A DNA stretch of 64,000 nucleotides from Sporopachydermia quercuum (Eukaryota), in assembly GCA_001599295.1 (NCBI GenBank), contig BCGN01000001.1:1364001-1428000 (forward strand), written 5' to 3'. A program made the position numbers and the translations under genes. The notes under the pieces are model-generated. The model saw only the letters and a list, made by a program, of their open reading frames with translations. It searched no databases and was not told the origin of the DNA. Position 1 is the first letter of the stretch. Each line of letters starts with the position of its first letter. Below are positions 1 to 12,300 of the stretch, in pieces.

Positions 1-788
1 CTATTGAGCTAAGCTGGACAGATAAAAATCAGCAGAAGAGTAGTGATATGCATTATGAAACAGCTTCCGATAATCAGTCAAAAAATGCTAACGATGATAA
101 ATTCCTTGGTATCAGAATAGAAACATTTGCTAAGGCACAATTTGGCAGTCCTCACTACATTGTATTGAAAAGAGACAACAAAACTAATGATTGGAGCTTA
201 TTTAAATATACATTACCATCATTTATTCCTACACAGCAATTAGCTGATAAGTATCTCCCTACAGATATCGAGGTATGTGTATAAATTTGAGCCTGGAATT
301 AAGCATTTTGCCCTAAGCTACTAACCATATCATGTACATAGCTCTTTGCCCGTCAGGTAAGAACTCAGCTCGTTCTTTATATGGAAAAGCTAAGGATAGT
401 CAATATGCTTGATCCAAAAACGTACAATCAAGAGATAGAGATTTCTGGTAACCCAGATGAAGACACTGATTTGGTAGGATCAGTAGAAGTCAATAAAATG
501 GAGTTTCCTAATGGTTTAGCATTAATCCAAAGATGTAATAGCGATTTGGCTGCCAAAATGATTGACATAGTTTTTAAAGATGGTCTAACAGCAAAGCTGA
601 AGGTCACATCAATGGAGGTCATTGATGTTATGATCAGTGTTAAAATGTCTGTTTCAAATGATGCAAGAATGTCTAATGATGCGCAATTAGATACTAAAGT
701 ACAGCAGTTGAGATTGATCCTTCAAGGATCGATAACAGGTTTACCAGCACGTCTGGAAGCATACGCACGGTCGTTGAAATTTAGATGA
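1..788 (+). CDS. MCM21: Kinetochore COMA subunit CENP-O/Mcm21/Mal2-like, 5'-truncated by the window edge; intron 273-341
   Basis: The LGIRIETF...PHYIVL...LFKYTLPSFIP...LADKYL motif resembles the CENP-O family. Donor GTATGT 273, branch TACTAAC 319-325 and TAG 339-341 join ORF 48..284 to LFARQVRTQL, in frame with ORF 381..788. Confidence 0.7.
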
Positions 789-814
789 TCTGAAGCAAGA
801 AAATAAGGACAACA

Positions 815-1618
815 TTAGACATCAATTGGAAGCCATATATGCAGTATGGAATTCATGAAATAACCGCAAGAAAGTCCTGCTACTTTTTCAAAAAAAGTAT
901 GATAAAATAATGATGTGATTATGAATGATAACCACCAGATAACAATAAAGAATGCAATAAAGCAACTACACCAATGTAATTTGGCTGCTTTGATAAACGA
1001 TCCAAACCCATTCGATATCGTATCTTGTCTTGTCAAAGGCAAATGTTCACTCAGACTAGAAGCATACTGGAAGTGCTCGAAAAATAGCATGAGTGTCATT
1101 TGAGATAGTATGAAACTATGACCTGAGAAATTAAATCCAGAGTTCCAGGATCCTCCTGATTTTCTGCAGCCAGCTGGAATTGTAGTATCAAGCTTCTTTG
1201 AGATTGCTAATTGTTCACTGTTAACGATGCAATGACCCCCTGACGAAACTGATATTCTATTTTGTATGGATGGACCAAAAAACCATACTATGAAAAAGAT
1301 AAACCATATTGTTTGAATAGCATATCTTATGGCAAATCTTACAAAATGACTTCTAACTTTGAACAGCGATCTACGATTTTCGTATGTTAGAAAATGGCTG
1401 TGAATCCAAATCTGATTAAGTATAAGTGCTAGTGTAGTCCAGTACCAACAATATGTTCCAAAAACTTCGTTGATGAAGTTACTTTTGACATATGGTTCTG
1501 TGGCTAACACACGGACTCGAAAAACTGTTCGAATAAACCAGCCAAGAACAAGGATCACTGGAAAAGACCAAATAACAATGGTTTTCAAGTTGGAGTACGT
1601 TTTATTAGAAATTAACAT
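815..1618 (-). CDS. FIT family (Scs3/Yft2/FITM2) ER acyl-CoA diphosphatase
   Basis: Multi-TM protein with WFFGP, GFNFSGHSFIL and ITSLFYHTFFEK motifs typical of FIT proteins. Confidence 0.85.
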   Translation of the reverse strand: MLISNKTYSNLKTIVIWSFPVILVLGWFIRTVFRVRVLATEPYVKSNFINEVFGTYCWYWTTLALILNQIWIHSHFLTYENRRSLFKVRSHFVRFAIRYAIQTIWFIFFIVWFFGPSIQNRISVSSGGHCIVNSEQLAISKKLDTTIPAGCRKSGGSWNSGFNFSGHSFILSQMTLMLFFEHFQYASSLSEHLPLTRQDTISNGFGSFIKAAKLHWCSCFIAFFIVIWWLSFIITSLFYHTFFEKVAGLSCGYFMNSILHIWLPIDV

Positions 1619-1923
1619 TGAATGTCCCCTATTGTATGGTATGCCTATACATTAAGTTGTGATTTATTACAATTCCTAGCACCTTCCTTTAAGCTGTGTG
1701 AGCCAGCTGCTTTTTCGTTTCTATACAATCAACTGAGATATTCCAATATTCATCTAGTTAATTGCTTCTTATTACAGCTTGCTAAATGGCCATTTTCCTT
1801 TAGATGGTTACCCACAATTAGCCAGTTCACTACATTGAGGACTTGTTTACACGCTATATCTACTGGAGCACGAATTGAGTAGGGATAGCATAAACAAGAT
1901 TACATCTCACTTCAAAATGAGGA

Positions 1924-2074
1924 TCACGTGATAAGGGATTATTTGCCATTCACTATTATTTCATAACTTCACGTGATATGGCGAATACGAACTAAAACCG
2001 TTAAACTTTTAGAGTTACAGCTTTAAACTTTATAGGACGACTCATGAGATCCTAAAACCAGTAAGATGACTCAT
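1924..2074. promoter_or_regulatory. Two TCACGTGA bHLH (Cbf1-type) sites and a perfect Gcn4-type ATGACTCAT in the divergent promoter
   Basis: TCACGTGA at 1924-1931 and 1969-1976; ATGACTCAT at 2066-2074; lies upstream of a cysteine-biosynthesis gene. Confidence 0.5.
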
Positions 2075-2795
2075 AAATGCTTTCCTATTTCGATTATAAT
2101 TCTCGAAGTACATACATTTACGCCCAAACCCCGAAAAAGGTTTTAGTAACTGGTATTTTTCATTATTTCATTCTTCTACACGGGGAGAGAAAAATAGAAT
2201 CATAGGAAATCTTCACCCTTTCTTTGCCGATTAAGAATGGAAACCATAAAATATACTATAAGCCTGATGATGGCATTATAGATGTTATCGATTGAGGCTT
2301 AATGCAATTGAGTGCACGTCTTTTAGTTCAGTGGCTGAAACAAGGTTAGCAGAATAGTCTTAGTTATAGTAGGTGAAAGTTCCCGTTGTCCTAGGTTCTA
2401 ACATACCAGAAGATTTCTGCTGTGAAGATACCTTTTTTTGCTCTCATATTCTTTCTTTCTGAGTATTGCCAATAGGAGATACCTGATTCTAATCAGGATT
2501 ATTGAATTGATCAAGATTTGTCTCTGATTTCCACAACAATCAAAATTCCGCAAAAGAAAGTTTCTTGAGGAAGAACCATTATTTGCATACTCCATTGTAT
2601 CTAGAAAAAGCCTCCTAGGGTTATACACATACTATTAATTTGATTTCTTTTCTTTGTTTACTAGAGAGACATCTCAAATCGACTAGCGATATTAGAATTC
2701 TTGCTATAGCAGTAAGAAATTAGACCTAAAGCTGACATTTAAAAGTTATTGGTCTTTGATCTCTTTCAACTGTTTCATATCTTTCAATCATCATA

Positions 2796-4400
2796 ATGTT
2801 TTCACGACAAGCCCTCAAAACAAGTCGGTGCCTTACTAGACATACAAGATACGGAATCCGAAAGATCTCTGTTGTATCGAAAGTTGAAGTACCTTCAAAA
2901 TCAACAGTAACTCAAGCTCAAGCTGCTGATCGGAATATATCAAGTGCTGATATTCATTCAAGAATAATACCTAACATTACACCACCACCACCGCCACCAC
3001 CAAACGGATCAGCAACACCTCATACATCATCAAACCCTCAAATGAAATTTCCATGTCTAGATAAACTCGAAGATCGATCCAAAAGCTTTGACTCAGGTCC
3101 TGAGCCTTCTTATTCTCAAGTTAAATCTGGCTATCAAATATATAAATCACAAGAGCATTTGAGACTTGATTACGGAGGTGTTTTACCAGAATTTGAAATC
3201 GCTTATGAATCGTGGGGTGAATTAGACACTGATAAGTCCAATGCGATTTTACTTCACACAGGTTTATCTGCTTCATCTCATGCTAAATCGCACGAGCTAA
3301 ATAATAAACCAGGATGGTGGGAAAAGTTCATCGGACCAGGTTTAAGTATCGATACCAATAAATTCTTTGTAGTGTGTACCAATGTTTTAGGAGGATGCTA
3401 TGGTTCAACTGGACCATCGTCGCTTGATCCTGCTGATGGTGAACGTTATGCAACTAGATTTCCTATCCTTTCCTTAAATGATATGGTGAGAGCTCAGCAT
3501 AGATTAATGACCAAGCATTTTGGTATCAAGAAGTTGTATGCTTCTATGGGAGCTTCAATGGGAGGTATGCAATCATTAGCTTTTGCCTCTGAATACCCTG
3601 AAGCTGTCGAACGGATCATATCAATTTCTGGCGCAGCAAGATCACATCCTTATTCAATTGCAATGAGACACACTCAAAGACAGGTGCTAATGGCCGATCC
3701 AAACTGGAAAAGAGGCTTTTATTATGACGGTGTTCCTCCTCATGTTGGAATGAAGTTAGCAAGAGAAATTGCAACAATTACATACAGATCTGGTCCGGAA
3801 TGGGAATTGAGATTTGGAAGAGATCGCGCTGATCCTTCAAAAACACCAGCATTATGTCCAGACTTTTTAATTGAAACATATTTAGATCATCAAGGTGAAA
3901 AGTTTTGTTTGGAATATGATCCTAATTCACTATTGTATGTTTCAAAAGCAATGGATTTGTTTGATTTAGGTTATGCTAATAGATACGAAGCCGCCGAAAG
4001 AAGAAAAATTGCCGAGGAAGCTTGGTTGAAAGGAGAATACCGAGCTCAGTATAGTGAGCATTGTGCCTTACCTTCAAAACCATATAAAGAAAAGCCTAGA
4101 CATCAAGTAAGAGAAAGCTCAACTATTGATGATTTGATTGAAGGAATGAAGCATTTTGCTGATCATCCAACTTTAGTATTGGGTGTTGAGTCAGATATTT
4201 TGTTCCCTGCATGGCAACAACGGGAAGTTGCTACTGTATTGAAAGAAGGAGCAAAGGTAATAAGTAATGGTGAAAGTGATGGTAGTCATATTGAGTACAT
4301 TGAATTAAGCGAAGAGACAAGCATGTATGGTCACGATACATTCTTACTGGACGTTGAACATGTTGGTGGACCAATCAAGAAGTTTTTGGAAAGTAATTAA
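2796..4400 (+). CDS. MetX-family serine O-succinyl/acetyltransferase (S. pombe Cys2 / Aspergillus CysA type) with a mitochondrial presequence
   Basis: [30 protein letters not shown] nucleophile elbow and YGHDTFLL; Arg/Ser-rich N-terminus. Confidence 0.85.
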   Translation: MFSRQALKTSRCLTRHTRYGIRKISVVSKVEVPSKSTVTQAQAADRNISSADIHSRIIPNITPPPPPPPNGSATPHTSSNPQMKFPCLDKLEDRSKSFDSGPEPSYSQVKSGYQIYKSQEHLRLDYGGVLPEFEIAYESWGELDTDKSNAILLHTGLSASSHAKSHELNNKPGWWEKFIGPGLSIDTNKFFVVCTNVLGGCYGSTGPSSLDPADGERYATRFPILSLNDMVRAQHRLMTKHFGIKKLYASMGASMGGMQSLAFASEYPEAVERIISISGAARSHPYSIAMRHTQRQVLMADPNWKRGFYYDGVPPHVGMKLAREIATITYRSGPEWELRFGRDRADPSKTPALCPDFLIETYLDHQGEKFCLEYDPNSLLYVSKAMDLFDLGYANRYEAAERRKIAEEAWLKGEYRAQYSEHCALPSKPYKEKPRHQVRESSTIDDLIEGMKHFADHPTLVLGVESDILFPAWQQREVATVLKEGAKVISNGESDGSHIEYIELSEETSMYGHDTFLLDVEHVGGPIKKFLESN

Positions 4401-4885
4401 TTGTATCCTTATGTTAAGCTGTTGAAATCGTTTCATTAGTTATGATTGTAGTTCATGTTATATATTACTACGCAGTTGGTTTTATTCAATATCACAGCTG
4501 TGATTTTCTAGCAATACAAAGTATCTACACGTTCTGTTTTGTTATTGGGTTTTCATATTGGGGGGTCTATATAAATTTTATATTTCAATAATTATGAAGC
4601 AAATGAGTTTTAAAGATATCAATATCGTAGTGGTAGAACGGGATTCGGCCCGAGTATAAATAACAGTTGGGAGTATGGTCTTGAATAAGAGAGAAAAGTT
4701 AGTATCAGAAAATGCAAAAACATTGTCTCTTTTCTAACAAAATACGGAATAACTAGAAAAACAATCTACCACAGTTTTCTAATAACTAATATCAAATCAA
4801 TGTAAGCGACTATCACTTTATTTCCAATAATATATACAAGCAAAGTCTATGAACCTCTCAGCAAATCTCATTAAACTCAATGAGA

Positions 4886-5806
4886 TTAACGAATCTTCAA
4901 TCTCTTTGCAGCCTTTGACTTTCTCAAACTCTTAACCTTCTCGTTCAAGTTACGGGCTTTTTTGGTATTGAATAATTTCTGAGGACCATAGAAGAGGAAC
5001 TCATCCATATATTGTCGATCAAGGTTAAATTCCATGGTAGCAGCTTTATCGGTAAGGCCTAATCTTGCAACAATCATGTAATACTTTTTGGGATCATCTC
5101 TCTTCAAATATCTCAAGATCTTTTGACGTTGTTGAACCAGCATTCTGAATTTTCTTAAATTATGGAAATCTTTCTTATTTTCTTTAACATGTTCTCCCAA
5201 ATAATGAATCTTTGTAGTTAACACAGCAGCCTGAACTTCAGATGAACCAGTATCACCTTCAAATCTTTCAAATTCTTTAACAGTTAATCTGATAGCAGCT
5301 TTAATTTCTTCATCACGACTTGAGTTCTTCAGACTCAGAATTCTTTCAACAACCTGTCTTTTCTTTGCTTCTTCTTCTAAAACAACTTTACGAACTGTAG
5401 CATCATCAAAACTAGGATCACGATCAATTCTTTCTAAAGCAGCCTTTTGAGCACCATATAGCAATTTCTCGATTTCTTCCTTGGAATAGCCACGACTTAA
5501 TTCATCACCTTCTTTAACAGCAGCCACAATTCTTGGGACAAAAGATGAACTAGAATCACCAAATACGGGATCAATATCATATCTTTTCAAAGAACGTAAA
5601 GCATGAACCAACTTATTCATATTAGCTCGATGTCGAGCTCTGGATTTTCTCACAGTTCTCTTTAGAATGATTGGCTTTGGTCCTTCATTTACAACTGTAG
5701 AGCTGAAGGTTCTGACGGTTTGTTGGTTTATTCTTAAACATTGAATAGCTAAAGAATTGTTAACAGGCTTTACTTGCCTGCTTATTATACTCCACGCATT
5801 CCACAT
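4886..5806 (-). CDS. MRPS28: Mitochondrial ribosomal protein uS15m
   Basis: S15 domain motifs FEGDTGSSEVQAAVLT and LVQQRQKILRYLKR; presequence-like N-terminus. Confidence 0.9.
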   Translation of the reverse strand: MWNAWSIISRQVKPVNNSLAIQCLRINQQTVRTFSSTVVNEGPKPIILKRTVRKSRARHRANMNKLVHALRSLKRYDIDPVFGDSSSSFVPRIVAAVKEGDELSRGYSKEEIEKLLYGAQKAALERIDRDPSFDDATVRKVVLEEEAKKRQVVERILSLKNSSRDEEIKAAIRLTVKEFERFEGDTGSSEVQAAVLTTKIHYLGEHVKENKKDFHNLRKFRMLVQQRQKILRYLKRDDPKKYYMIVARLGLTDKAATMEFNLDRQYMDEFLFYGPQKLFNTKKARNLNEKVKSLRKSKAAKRLKIR

Positions 5807-6793
5807 TATGAATATATTTCAGAGAAAATTGTCAATGCTAGTTATTAATGCTGAGTGCTGATAACTGGTGGTATTTATGAGAATTTCCAGTTCGGTTTAA
5901 CGTTTCAACAATTCCTTCTCCCAAGTATAGTGCTAGTGGGTTTGTGCGTGTGAAAAGACACAACTGGGAACACAAGACCTAATGAAATTGTACTTCCACT
6001 ATCCCGGCTGAACTACCCGTAATACAAAACACCAATGTTTATACAAAGGTCAAAAGAAAGACAGCTGATGTAAGAAAGCCCTTGCACACACAAAATCAAA
6101 AGACATTCTTCTACCACATTATGCTAATGTTGTGTTATTGGTTACTTGAAAGATTTTCGATGGTGAGAATCAAACTTGTCGACAGGAACGGAGGTAATTT
6201 GAGATATATAATGATCACCTAATCGTTTAATGAATGACACATCAACACCCGCCCACTCAACAACCGGGTAATTTTTGATTATGCCGTAAGGGTATATTAG
6301 TACGTCATGTGATCTCTGCTAAACCTTATGTATGTTTCCACCCTTGCAGGACTATACATGAATCATACATACAGTATAAAATAAACATGCTACAATAACT
6401 AGAAGAAAGACTCCATTTGATTATTCAATCGATAATATAATTCTTGATAATGCAGAAGTATTCCTGTTTCTCAATTTTAAGAAAAAAAGAAAAATACAAA
6501 ATTCTTTAATTTTCTTTTATTGTTCACTATACTTTGTATTTTCTATATTTTCAGAAGACTATAATAAGTTTGATTAATAGTATAGTAATTCATTTGATAT
6601 CATAAGGTACTTATCAGATAAGACGCGTTACATTGTGTGTTTACTTTTACAATTTGGCAGGTCCAACGAATACCAATATCAACAACAATTGAGAAGAACT
6701 GAAGTATATGATTGCAGTTTCAAAAACTTCAACAGACTGAACTCAAGATCAAAAGAGGATTTGTAACAAGGAACTGTTAATTGATTGTTTAAT

Positions 6794-8734
6794 ATGCGTG
6801 AAATTATCTCTGTTCAATGTGGTCAAGCAGGTATGTGATTTAACGAATAATAACAGTCCCCAAGATTGAAAGGGCGAAAAGAGGAGCAGAGTCAAGGGAT
6901 GTGCTATAGGAATGAATCTGGAGCTGTCTGTTTATTGATACTAACAATTGTGCATTTGTTAGGGTATGTTCAAGAACTAGAACTCTTTTGGTTCGGAAAA
7001 CTTCGTTGATGTGCAGAAGAAGAGAATTGGATCGTCATACCATATCCGCTCTGACGAAGTGTTATTTGTTTGGATCTTCAGCATCCAATTGTCACACTGA
7101 TTATCTCATAATTCACAACATGATTTATGTTTAATTTTTTCTTCTTATTACTGCTATTGTTGTTTAAATGCTCTGCATGGGTTTTTTTTTCCTAATCACT
7201 AACATCCCATTCACCTATCTAGAAATCAAGTTGCTACTGCATTCTGGAGTGTAGTGTTAAAAGAGCACGGTATCGATGAACAAGGATTTCTATCACAGAC
7301 AAGTGACATCAATAATCGTCTGGATGTGTTTTTTGAGGAAGCAGGTCATAAAAAATATGTTCCCCGAGCAGTGTGTGTTGACTTAGAGCCAGCTACCATT
7401 GATAATATTCGTAGTGGTCCTTTAGGTAATCTCTTCAGACCTGATAGTTTATTATCTTCCAAAGCAGGAGCAGGTAATACCTGGGCTAAAGGTTTTTATA
7501 CAGAAGGTGCAGAAATTTTAGAACCAGTATTAGATATTATTAGACGTGAAGCTGAAAGTTCCGAATCTTTACAAGGTTTTCAATTGACTCATAGTCTGGG
7601 TGGTGGTACAGGTTCTGGTTTAGGCACTGCTTTGATTGGTAGAATCAAAGAAGAGTTTCCTGATCGTATGATTGCAACTTACTCTGTTTTACCAAGTCCT
7701 AAAGTATCTGATACTATTACGGAACCATATAATGCTGTTTTATCATTGAATCAACTGATTGAAAACAGTGATGAAACATTCTGTCTTGATAATGAGGCTT
7801 TGTACAATATTGCAGCCAGAGTATCCAAAAAGGATCCTGATTATTCAAATCTAAACAGTCTAATTGCAAATGTTATGTCTGGTGTTACAACTCCATTTAG
7901 ATTTCCTGGTCAATTGAATGGAGATCTCAGAAAATTGGCGGTTAATTTAATTCCTTTCCCAAGACTGCATTTCTTCACCGTTGGATACGCACCAATTATG
8001 AACACTGCTGGTAAGGCATTTCAAGGCTATTCAGCCCGTGATTTAACAAATCAAATATTTGATCCTATAAATACAATGGCTGCCTGCAATTTGAACGGCG
8101 GGAGATATTTGGCTGTTTCTGCAATTTACAGAGGTAAAATCTCTGCCAGTGAAATTGATGATGCTATTCAACATGCTAAATTCCAACGGGCAGGCTTATT
8201 TGTTGATTGGATTCCTAATAACATTCAGTACTCAGTTTGTGATAAAGCATCGTTAGTTGCAGATAAATCTGCTACATTTATTGCCAATACTACTGCTGTT
8301 CAGGAACTGTTCACTAGAAATATCAGTCAATTCTCAAAGATGTTCCGAAGAAAGGCATTTTTAGAATGGTACATCAGAGAAGGAATGGAAGAATTGGAGT
8401 TTGAAGAAGCCGAAAGCAATTTGAGAGATTTAGTCAGTGAATGTAAGTTGCTTTTTAATTGTTCCGTTATGTATAGTCAACAATTTAGCATCATACGCTA
8501 CCTAGGCTGCTCTTCGCTAAGCAACTTCTCTGCTTCGGTGAATTTTTTTTTTTTGTTTTTGCTTGTTTGTCTGATTGTCCTTGTGTACTAACATTAATTC
8601 TTTTAGATGAACAATACCAACAGGCGACAGCTGATGACGATTATGATTATGATGTTGACGTTGACGTTGATGTGGAAGTCGATGTTGAAGATGCACCAAT
8701 AGCAGAAGCTCAAGGTAATGAGGATGAGTTTTGA
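6794..8734 (+). CDS. TUB2: Divergent beta-tubulin; exons 6794-6830, 6963 (1 nt), 7223-8442, 8607-8734
   Basis: The spliced product reads MREIISVQCGQAGNQVATAFW...GGGTGSG...LRKLAVNLIPFPRLHFF...LVSEYEQYQQA followed by an acidic tail. Introns 6831-6962, 6964-7222 and 8443-8606 each have a GTATGT/GTAAGT donor, a (T/C)ACTAAC branch and a TAG acceptor. Confidence 0.92.
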
Positions 8735-9313
8735 CCTACCCAGTTTCTGATTGATTCTTGAGTATTATACATATTTTTCCTTTTCCTTCTCTTCTGTTGT
8801 ATTTTCTCTTCTCATTTCAAACGATTGCTATTCGTTCTACTTTGTATAGTATTTAAGTATTGATTCAATCTCTTGTCTTGTCATTTCTCATACCCTTTGT
8901 TTGTTTGTCAGGTTGCATAGTAAATGGTGTTTCTTCTGATGCTTGTTAAACTCCAATATATAAAGTGTATTTAATATATAAAACAGTATGAATCAATCTA
9001 CGAAAGAAAATCAATCAATTTCAACTACTCAATTCATGATCATTATATCAGTAAAAATAACGAAACTCAAGATATTGAATGAGTAGAATAGTCCATGTAA
9101 AACAGATTATGAACAGTATGCCTAGAATAGCATACTGATAGTATAAGCTGCTGTATTGATCACTTAAGTTGGGTCAACTACATGAGTAGAACAAAATAAA
9201 TTAAAACAAAGTAAAACTGAATAAATATATAAATAAACATCGTAATACAAGTTAAATTAAAATAGTAATATCCAAAAAACAAATGAAATACATTCAACTT
9301 AGTAATAGTTATT

Positions 9314-12300
9314 TTAAACAGATTTAACAATCTTTGCAACCAAGTCACCGCCATCAACAGAATCACCTTCCTTCACTTGTAAATCAGAAACAAAACCTGA
9401 AACTGGTGCACTGATGATCATTTCCATCTTCATGGCACTCAAAACAACCACAGGATCACCCTTCTTGACTTCAGAACCATCATGAACTCTGACTTCAACA
9501 ATGACACCTGCCATTGGGGCACCCATTTCATTAGGGTTGTGAACATCAGCTTTCAATCTGCTAACGGTCTCAACAGCTGCTTTCTTATCTTCAACAGTGA
9601 CCTTTCGGATTTCACCATTAAGTTCAAAGTAAACTTCTCTAGTACCTGTTTGAAGGGACAAAGCACCAACAGCCATACATTTGATAATCAAAGTCTTACC
9701 CTTTTCAATGTCAACCCAAATTTCTTCATGAAGTTCTGGTGGAGCTAAGAAATATCTGGTAGGTAAAACCGATAAATCTCCGTATTTTTCAAGGAATGTA
9801 CGGAAGTCCTCGTAAACCTTTGGATACATATTATAACTGGCGACATCACAATCGGTGATTTTATTGAACCTGGATTGTAAATCTTCTTTGATCGCGTTCA
9901 TATCGAAAGGTTTCAAGTTCTTTCCAGGACGCTCAGTGAACTTTTCTCTCTTACCTTCAAGGATATCTGTTCTCAAAGGTTCAGGGAATCCACCGTAAGG
10001 TTGACCCATTAAACCTTGGAAGAAATCTAACACTGAAGCAGGGAAATCCAATGAACCAGCTCTCTTTTTAACTTCTTCAGGTGTAAGTTTGTTGGATACC
10101 ATGAATTGGGCAAGATCACCAACAACCTTTGAAGTAGGGGTGACCTTGACGATATCACCTAGCAAGTTATTAGCTTCAATATAAGCCTTTTTGGTTTCCT
10201 TCCATTGATCACCAAGACCAACTTGTTGAGCTTGGAACAAAAGGTTAGTCAATTGACCACCAGGAATCTCGTGATCATAGACTTCTGGATCAGGTCCCTT
10301 GATATCAGCTTCGAAACAAGAGTATAGCAATCTCATTTGAGCCCAATAACTGTCGATTTCCTTGATGTATGAAGGAGTTAAACCGGTATCGATACTTCCT
10401 TCTAATGAAGCCAGCAAAGCACTGATAGACGGTTGAGAAGTCATACCTGACATGGAATTGGTAGCAGCATCAACAACATCAGCACCAGCTTTAGCACATG
10501 CAGACATAGAGGCAACACCTGTACCAGCAGAATCGTGAGTATGAACATGGATTGGTAAATCAGGGTATTTTTCTCTGATGGTACCGATAAGTAAAGTGGC
10601 TGCAGCAGGTTTCATAGTACCAGCCATGTCTTTAATACCTAGAATATGAGTGCCCATTTCAACAATCTTGTCAACCATACTAAGATAGTATTGCAAGTTG
10701 TATTTCTTTTTAGGGTTCAACATATCACCAGAATAACAGACAGTGGCTTCAACCACACCGCCAGCTTTCTTCACTGCATCAACACCAACCTTTAACTGTT
10801 CAATATCGTTAAGAGCATCAAACACACGGAAGATATCAACACCATTATCTTTAGCTTGTTTGACAAAATGATCAATGGCATTATCAGGTAAAGAAGAATA
10901 AGCAACACCATTAGCACCTCTTAACAACATTTGGAACGGAATGTTAGGCACTAAAGCTCTTAACTTTCTAAGTCTGTCCCAAGGATCTTCATACAAGAAT
11001 CGCATTGCTACATCAAAAGTAGCACCTCCCCAACACTCTAAGGCAAAAGCATTGCCTAATCCGTGAGAAGTAGTAGATGCAATGTTTAGTAAGTCGATGG
11101 TTCTCACCCTTGTAGCTAATAAGGATTGATGAGCATCTCTCCAAGTGGTATCCATGATAAGAGTACCATCGTAATTACGAACAGCCTTCGCAAAAGCTTC
11201 GGGTCCCTTTTCAACCAAAATGTTTCTCCAACCCGTAGCACAAGGAACAGAAGTGTCGATTTCTTCACCAGTAGAAGGATCAACTAGAGTAGGTAATGTA
11301 GCTTCAACACTTAGCTTAGGTAAACCGGTTTGACCTTTGATGCTGGAGCCATTAACAGCCAAATCACCAAGATAAGCAAGCAACTTTTGAGCTCTGTTCT
11401 TAGAAGTAAGCATTTCAAATAATGATGGAGTATCGTCTATAAAAGTAGTCCAGACGTCACCTTTAATGAATGTTTCATTGGTCAAAAGAGCAATCAAGAA
11501 AGGAATGTTGGTTTTTACACCACGAATACGGAATTCAATTAATGATCGAATCATCTTTCTTCGAGCAATCTCGTGAGTAGCACCTGAGCATGTGCATTTA
11601 ACCAACATGGAATCATAATGAGGTGAAATCACTGCACCAGTATAATTGTTACCACCATCTAATCGAACGCCGTTACCACCAGATGATCTATACACTTCAA
11701 TCTTACCGGTATCCGGTTGAAAATTCTTTGTAGGATCTTCGGTTGTGATACGACATTGGATAGCAAATCCGCGAAGACTGATTTTGTTTTGGATTAATCC
11801 TAATTGTTCTAAAGACGCACCAGCAGCAATTTGAAGTTGAGCTGCAACAATATCAATACCAGTGATTTCTTCAGTGATAGTATGTTCGACTTGAATTCTT
11901 GGATTGATTTCAATGAAATAATGTCGGTTTTGATTATCGACTAAAAATTCAGCAGTACCAGCGCTTCTGTAGTTAACTGATTTAGCTAATTTGACGGCAT
12001 CTTGTAAAATGGCGTTTCTAACTTCTAAAGGTAAAGTGAGAGCAGGGGCCACTTCAACGACCTTTTGATGTCTTCTTTGAACTGAACAATCACGTTCGTA
12101 TAAATGGATTACGTTACCTTGGCCATCACCCAACAATTGAACTTCAATATGCTTAGGTTTATATAAGAATCTTTCAATGAAACATGTACCGTTACCAAAG
12201 GATGTTTTGGCTTCAGATGTGGCTCTTTGAAATGCATCTCCAATATTATCACCTTCATTAACAACTCTCATACCTCTACCACCACCACCATAGGCAGCTT

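Noticed and set aside
7040..7055. Possible C/D snoRNA in tubulin intron 2 (TACCATATCCGC before CTGA)
   Set aside because: Box C is poor and the segment is not antisense to any rRNA sequence I can recall.
8443..8591. Hydrophobic C-terminal extension of tubulin in the ORF track (CKLLFNCSVMY...LIVLVY)
   Set aside because: Read-through into intron 8443-8606 (GTAAGT...TACTAAC...TAG); the real tail is in the next exon.
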